Origin: Hormiphora californensis | Lineage: Eukaryota > Animalia > Ctenophora | Length of the DNA: 64,000 nt | NCBI GenBank assembly: GCA_020137815.1 | Contig: CM035354.1 | Location: 1,984,001 to 2,048,000 of the forward strand | Direction: 5' to 3' | Part shown: positions 59,901 to 64,000 of the stretch, in pieces | How the letters are laid out: each line of letters opens with the position of its first letter | How positions within the stretch are numbered: the first letter of the stretch is position 1 | Notes under the pieces: model-generated | What the model saw: the letters and a program-made list of their open reading frames with translations, nothing else | Told to the model about the DNA's origin: nothing | The model's database searches: none | Program-made: the position numbers and the translations under genes

Positions 59901-62457
59901 CGAGCATGATCTATCTTCTCGTGAGGTCCTGTTCAGGTAAAATAATTATATCTTCCACTTCTTTTTAGACGTTATGAAGTTCTGGAACATCACTCACATC
60001 ACTCATCATACAGTGATGTGAAAACTACAGACACGACTCGTAATGAAGTTGTCGATCAACCAAGTTTTGTCACTTAGCTATCTACAATACTAGTAGATAT
60101 AGTAGAGAATACATTTGGCCATTATAATATCTGTCTACAACACATTCAAGTTTCAACATTTTCTAGTCAGCAGGAACCGACCGAAATAAGTAAACAACCA
60201 ATCAGAACTCGTTATTTAGGTCACGTGACTGGTTATCAGCCAATCAGGGACCAGTATTTCCTGATTCGGTCGGTTCCTGTTTTCTAATCAGAAGGAGAAA
60301 ACAGAATTCCTTACTAATCCAGCTCCTCTATTATACAGTAACATAACGAGTATCGAGAGAGTGTTTGCAGCGGTGGCAGCCTCCCAAGCAGCACTCCTGT
60401 CAAGTGAAACCCCTGACGAGAGTACTTTCCATGAGCTGTTTTTATCAGTTGAAATTGTACAGCAAGCATTTGATGCCCTCTACACTTGGAAGGGACAGAG
60501 CCAACAATTATACGATAGGGGTAATTAATGTTTGTTTGTTTCTTTGTTTGTTTCTTTGTTTCTTTGTCTGTCTGTCTGTTTGTCCTATTTGCTTGTTTGT
60601 TTCTTTGTCTGTCTGTCTATCTGTCTGTCTATTTGCTTGTTTGTTTGTTTGTTTGTTTGTTTGAGTCGCCTGACACTGTGTTTAGAATAAAAAGAAAGTA
60701 CAATGAACAATTCAATTTTTTGTTTGTTTGTTCCTTTGTTTGTTTGTTTGTTTGTTCACTAACCCCACATTATCTCTCTCCCTAGCGGCTACAAAAGATC
60801 ACACCTGGACGGACGAGGAAGAGATAAGGAGGATGTTGTGTGGTCAGATCACTATTGCCATGGAAACCGTCCTGCCTGAGGTTGATGCTGAGGGACGATT
60901 CCAGGTAATAGAGGACTGTGGCACTAGTGTTATACTGCCTACTGGGACTGTAGTGCTGTGCTGTGTGGTGGAATAATGTAGATTCTTATTAGTACTGGGC
61001 TGGGTTAGGAATTCGCGGGTCGGGTGAATGATAATACGTTTCAGGTGCTTCCTGTAGCAACGAATCTCATTGAGTCTCTCTTGAAACTATACTTGGACAC
61101 CATCAGCAAAACAACAGAGAAAGACGCACTTCAAGCTGAGTTTGAGCGAAAGAGAGATGCCCTAATCCAGCCTTTTGTGGAGCTAAAACTCCACAACATT
61201 GCATTTTCCCTCGGGGAACAGTTTCGCCACTTTACCCTTCTCGTTGCGCTGTGCGAGGAGACGAAGGATACTGCCAAGCTCAGGGATCTTGCATCTACTT
61301 ACCCAGAATTTGCAGAGGTATACTAATACAGTCGGACCTCGATTCACCTGGGAATGTGATTTTCCCGGTAAATCGGGATCCGACTGTACCAGTGATAAAC
61401 TAATTGTACCGTGCACTGTTATCAACAGATAATACGAGACTGGGTCTAAACAAGACAATAAAAACCATACTAACGACACTCCATAGCTAGAGCTAACTAG
61501 TTCCCTCTCCCTCTGCCAGGTAGCATACAATTGGTATCTAGCACATGGTAAGGAGAGCCGACTCCTGACAGCGGGATGTGGCTAACACAGAACGACTATC
61601 CAAGTTCCTGACATCGCAACCTAATTTGAAATGGATCCACCAGCTGGGAAACAGAGATTTTGATACTGCTGCACAGACACTCGCAGCCCTAGGTATGTAG
61701 TACACAATGATTGTAGACCCCACACTGTTGTTGGTTTTAGTCTCATTTTCATATCTTTTATTGGATTGAATGCCTCCAGAAACATTATATAACCCCTTGC
61801 CTTGCTCGACACTCTCACCGCGCCCTGGTGATTATTAGAACATGTCAAATAACCCCAAATCCAATTCCTAGGTAGCCAAGAGAAAGCCATTCCTATCACG
61901 AAAGAAGACCCTGCTGAGTCTCAGCAAATTGGCGAGTCTGGCCAGTGATTGTCCCTCACCCGACCTTACACCTGTTGACCTACAGCTAGAAGTTATCACC
62001 CACCAAGAGAGACTAAAACCAGAGATTGCAGAGAGTGCAGGGACTAACTGACTCTACCATGCCGCCCCTATCCTGCACCGATCTAATAGGATTGTGTGTG
62101 TCTGCCGAGTGCAATGCTACGCTTGAAGAGGTTGATGTAAAGAAGGCACTAGATCTACTCACCTGTGCGGCCCGAGATGACGCTGTTACTGATGTCCAGT
62201 TTGAGAGGTTGAGATTAGCGATTTGGAGGGCAGTAATTGAACGAGATGAATGGTGGGAAAGAAGATCAGGACCTGAGAATATTGATGAGACATTGTTCTA
62301 TCGGTCCATCATCCTCGCATACAACTCCGGCCTCGTTATCTCACACATTCTTCCCGGTGTGGAGGATTTGATCGGGGAAATCGCTGATAAGCAGAAGGAA
62401 TTCGTTTTGCGTTCGGGCTACGAACAAATGGCCCAGATGGGACTGATTAGCGTTTAA
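53947..62457 (+). CDS. NUP133: Nucleoporin Nup133, ~16 exons
   Basis: PAADPRW, HTWT, ERKRDALIQPF..AFSLGEQFRHFTLLVALCE, LKWIHQL..DF..AA.TL, RKKTLLSLSKLA, KKALDLL, LAIWRAVIERDEW; two apparent +1 insertions near 61575 and 62040. Confidence 0.88.
56020..58652 (+). repeat. 70-73 bp satellite (~36 copies) built from a NUP133 intron/exon junction
   Basis: Unit gtagatgatgttggtacgtccctgtgtctc-atatccccactccccatgcccaccccactctcccacccccag; the last copy continues as exon VDNVGTSLCLLQEMAVLY from 58624. Confidence 0.96.
59511..59592. mobile_element. Partial hAT-type MITE
   Basis: Same family, right end missing. Confidence 0.8.
60171..60279. mobile_element. hAT-type ~109-bp MITE
   Basis: caggaaccgaccga ... 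tcggtcggttcctg. Confidence 0.88.
60528..60756. repeat. (TTTG/TCTG)n microsatellite in a NUP133 intron
   Basis: Direct reading. Confidence 0.9.
61329..61386. mobile_element. Minimal Tc1/mariner-type MITE
   Basis: ta|cagtcggacctcgatt ... aatcgggatccgactg|ta. Confidence 0.75.
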
Positions 62458-63299
62458 CTTTTCTTAACTGTTTTAATGTGTGACAATATATCTATTTTAA
62501 CATCACTTTCCGTTAATAAAATAACCGCGACTCAAGTTGTGTGCCCCAGGGTGCGTCCCTTTGAACGATGGTAAACGCGGGAATGACATTGTGTAGCGCG
62601 CGACAACAAAATATCGAGTTTCAGCATCGGACGCACGCGCAAACACTCTGCACACTCTCACTGATTTCCCACACACACAGACCTGTCTACGAAATACAGA
62701 TCACGTCTCAACGACAACTAGTCATTCCTTGCTCCGTAGTTTATTCGACGCTTTTTGACCGCCCCGAAAAATAAAAACAAGTCATTCTCGTATTTAGAGA
62801 CAAAGTAAATAATCAGCTGATGTGTATCATATCTGTCGAGTGTAACATACAGAAATAACAAATCCTTCACACACTCATAGAAATGTTATTGTCATGGAAA
62901 AGAAACGTCAGGCTTAAAGATAAAGACCGCCAAGAATAGAGATGATACTGTTTCGACCAAGGTAGGTTTATGTTTCTTTCTCTATCCCCTGACGTAGGTA
63001 TTTTTCCCACGGTAATCTTGCCGTCTTTCGTTCAATCTGAATGGAGAACGAACGAGAGAAAAAAGATATATTGGGGAGATATTGTAAACAACAAGTGTAG
63101 TTGGGCCGGGGATTTTCATAGTTACGGAATTTATAGTTGCAAACTGCTCCTCGTCACAGATACATTGCCAGTGATTGTTACGTATTTGGCATCTTCCACG
63201 CCTCTTTCTTCCCTCACTCAATTACATACCTACTCTCTCTTTCTCAGTCTCCCTCTGTTAAATATCTGAGTTAAGATTAAGTTGTGCCCTGTCTAGCGG

Positions 63300-63793
63300 C
63301 GCCGACCCAATCTGAGCGCACTGAGAAGTGAGAATCAAAACGGGGCCGGTTGCCGCCAGACAGGCAGTGCCACTTTTTGAGTCTGTGCCACTCTTTGCCA
63401 CACTCTGTTGCCACCTTTGTCTCCGGACTCCGTAACCTTTTACCTTTTACCTCGCTCTTACCTTTACTTCCCTGAGCGACCTGACAGTTTTGAATAAGCA
63501 ATTCAAGGACATCCCATGCGACATTATATAGTTTACCAAACAACTATCCGAAGCGAAAACTAGTCCCTCAATACTTGCCTGGTATAGGTATGGCCTCGTT
63601 GACGATGTAGGGCCCCGCTGATAACTATCCGAAGCTGTCTGGCGCCGCGACCCATCTGAGCACACTGTCGCGTGCTCAGATTGAGAATCAAATTGGGGTC
63701 TGGCGCCGCCAGACAGATCCGAAGCGAAAACTAGATCCTCAATACTTGCCTGGTATAGGTATGGCCTCGTTGACGATGTAGGGCCCCGCTGAC
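63300..63793. repeat. Interleaved direct repeats (63547-63621 ~ 63718-63792; 63302-63363 ~ 63649-63716)
   Basis: atccgaagcgaaaactag..ctcaatacttgcctggtataggtatggcctcgttgacgatgtagggccccgctga twice. Confidence 0.8.
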
Positions 63794-64000
63794 AACTTTG
63801 AAGCTGTGAATATCGGGGGAAGGGTGATTGTCTTTCGGAGCTCCAACTTTTTTCCGTTGTCACTGAGGTATATTGGGATAAAGACGCTTTTAGTTGAAAC
63901 TGGGTGTTTGGTGGGCACGGGGGTACAGTATAGTAGCGGGCATGTTATTGTTTTTAACCTGGGTGTAGTAAGAGAGATGGTCGAGCAAGCTGCAGGGCTC

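Noticed and set aside
63277-63863. Minus-strand ORFs at the window end
   Set aside because: Built largely from direct repeats; no domain recognised

Overview
Eukaryotic (animal) genomic DNA: intron-containing genes with short GT-AG introns interleaved with satellites, MITEs, a Helitron dimer and CR1 LINEs. The dispersed-repeat repertoire and gene compaction resemble a ctenophore (Pleurobrachia/Hormiphora-like); this is inference, not verified. Nine genes were reconstructed by eye: (+) TEX45/SAXO5-like and a secreted SRCR-ShKT-ShKT protein; (-) PORCN, GLOD4, a TPR+MYND protein and OCRL/INPP5B; (+) a patatin-like lipase, BRCA2 and NUP133. Main observations: (1) three genes carry intronic satellites made of tandem copies of the 3' splice junction (8, ~16 and ~36 decoy acceptors), with the real exon starting at the last copy; the NUP133 unit carries CAG|GT, like a recursive splice site. 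(2) Two operon-like trios (TPR-MYND>GLOD4>PORCN and PNPLA>BRCA2>NUP133) have 210-360 bp gaps and a splice acceptor just before each ATG, and an identical 19-bp motif lies upstream of both trios. (3) A near full-length CR1 with a PHD+3xCCCH ORF1 sits inside a (GA/TC)n microsatellite. (4) OCRL has an in-frame candidate alternative last exon with a C4 zinc ribbon. Exon coordinates are manual and may be off by a few nt; scattered +1 insertions in coding exons probably reflect long-read error.
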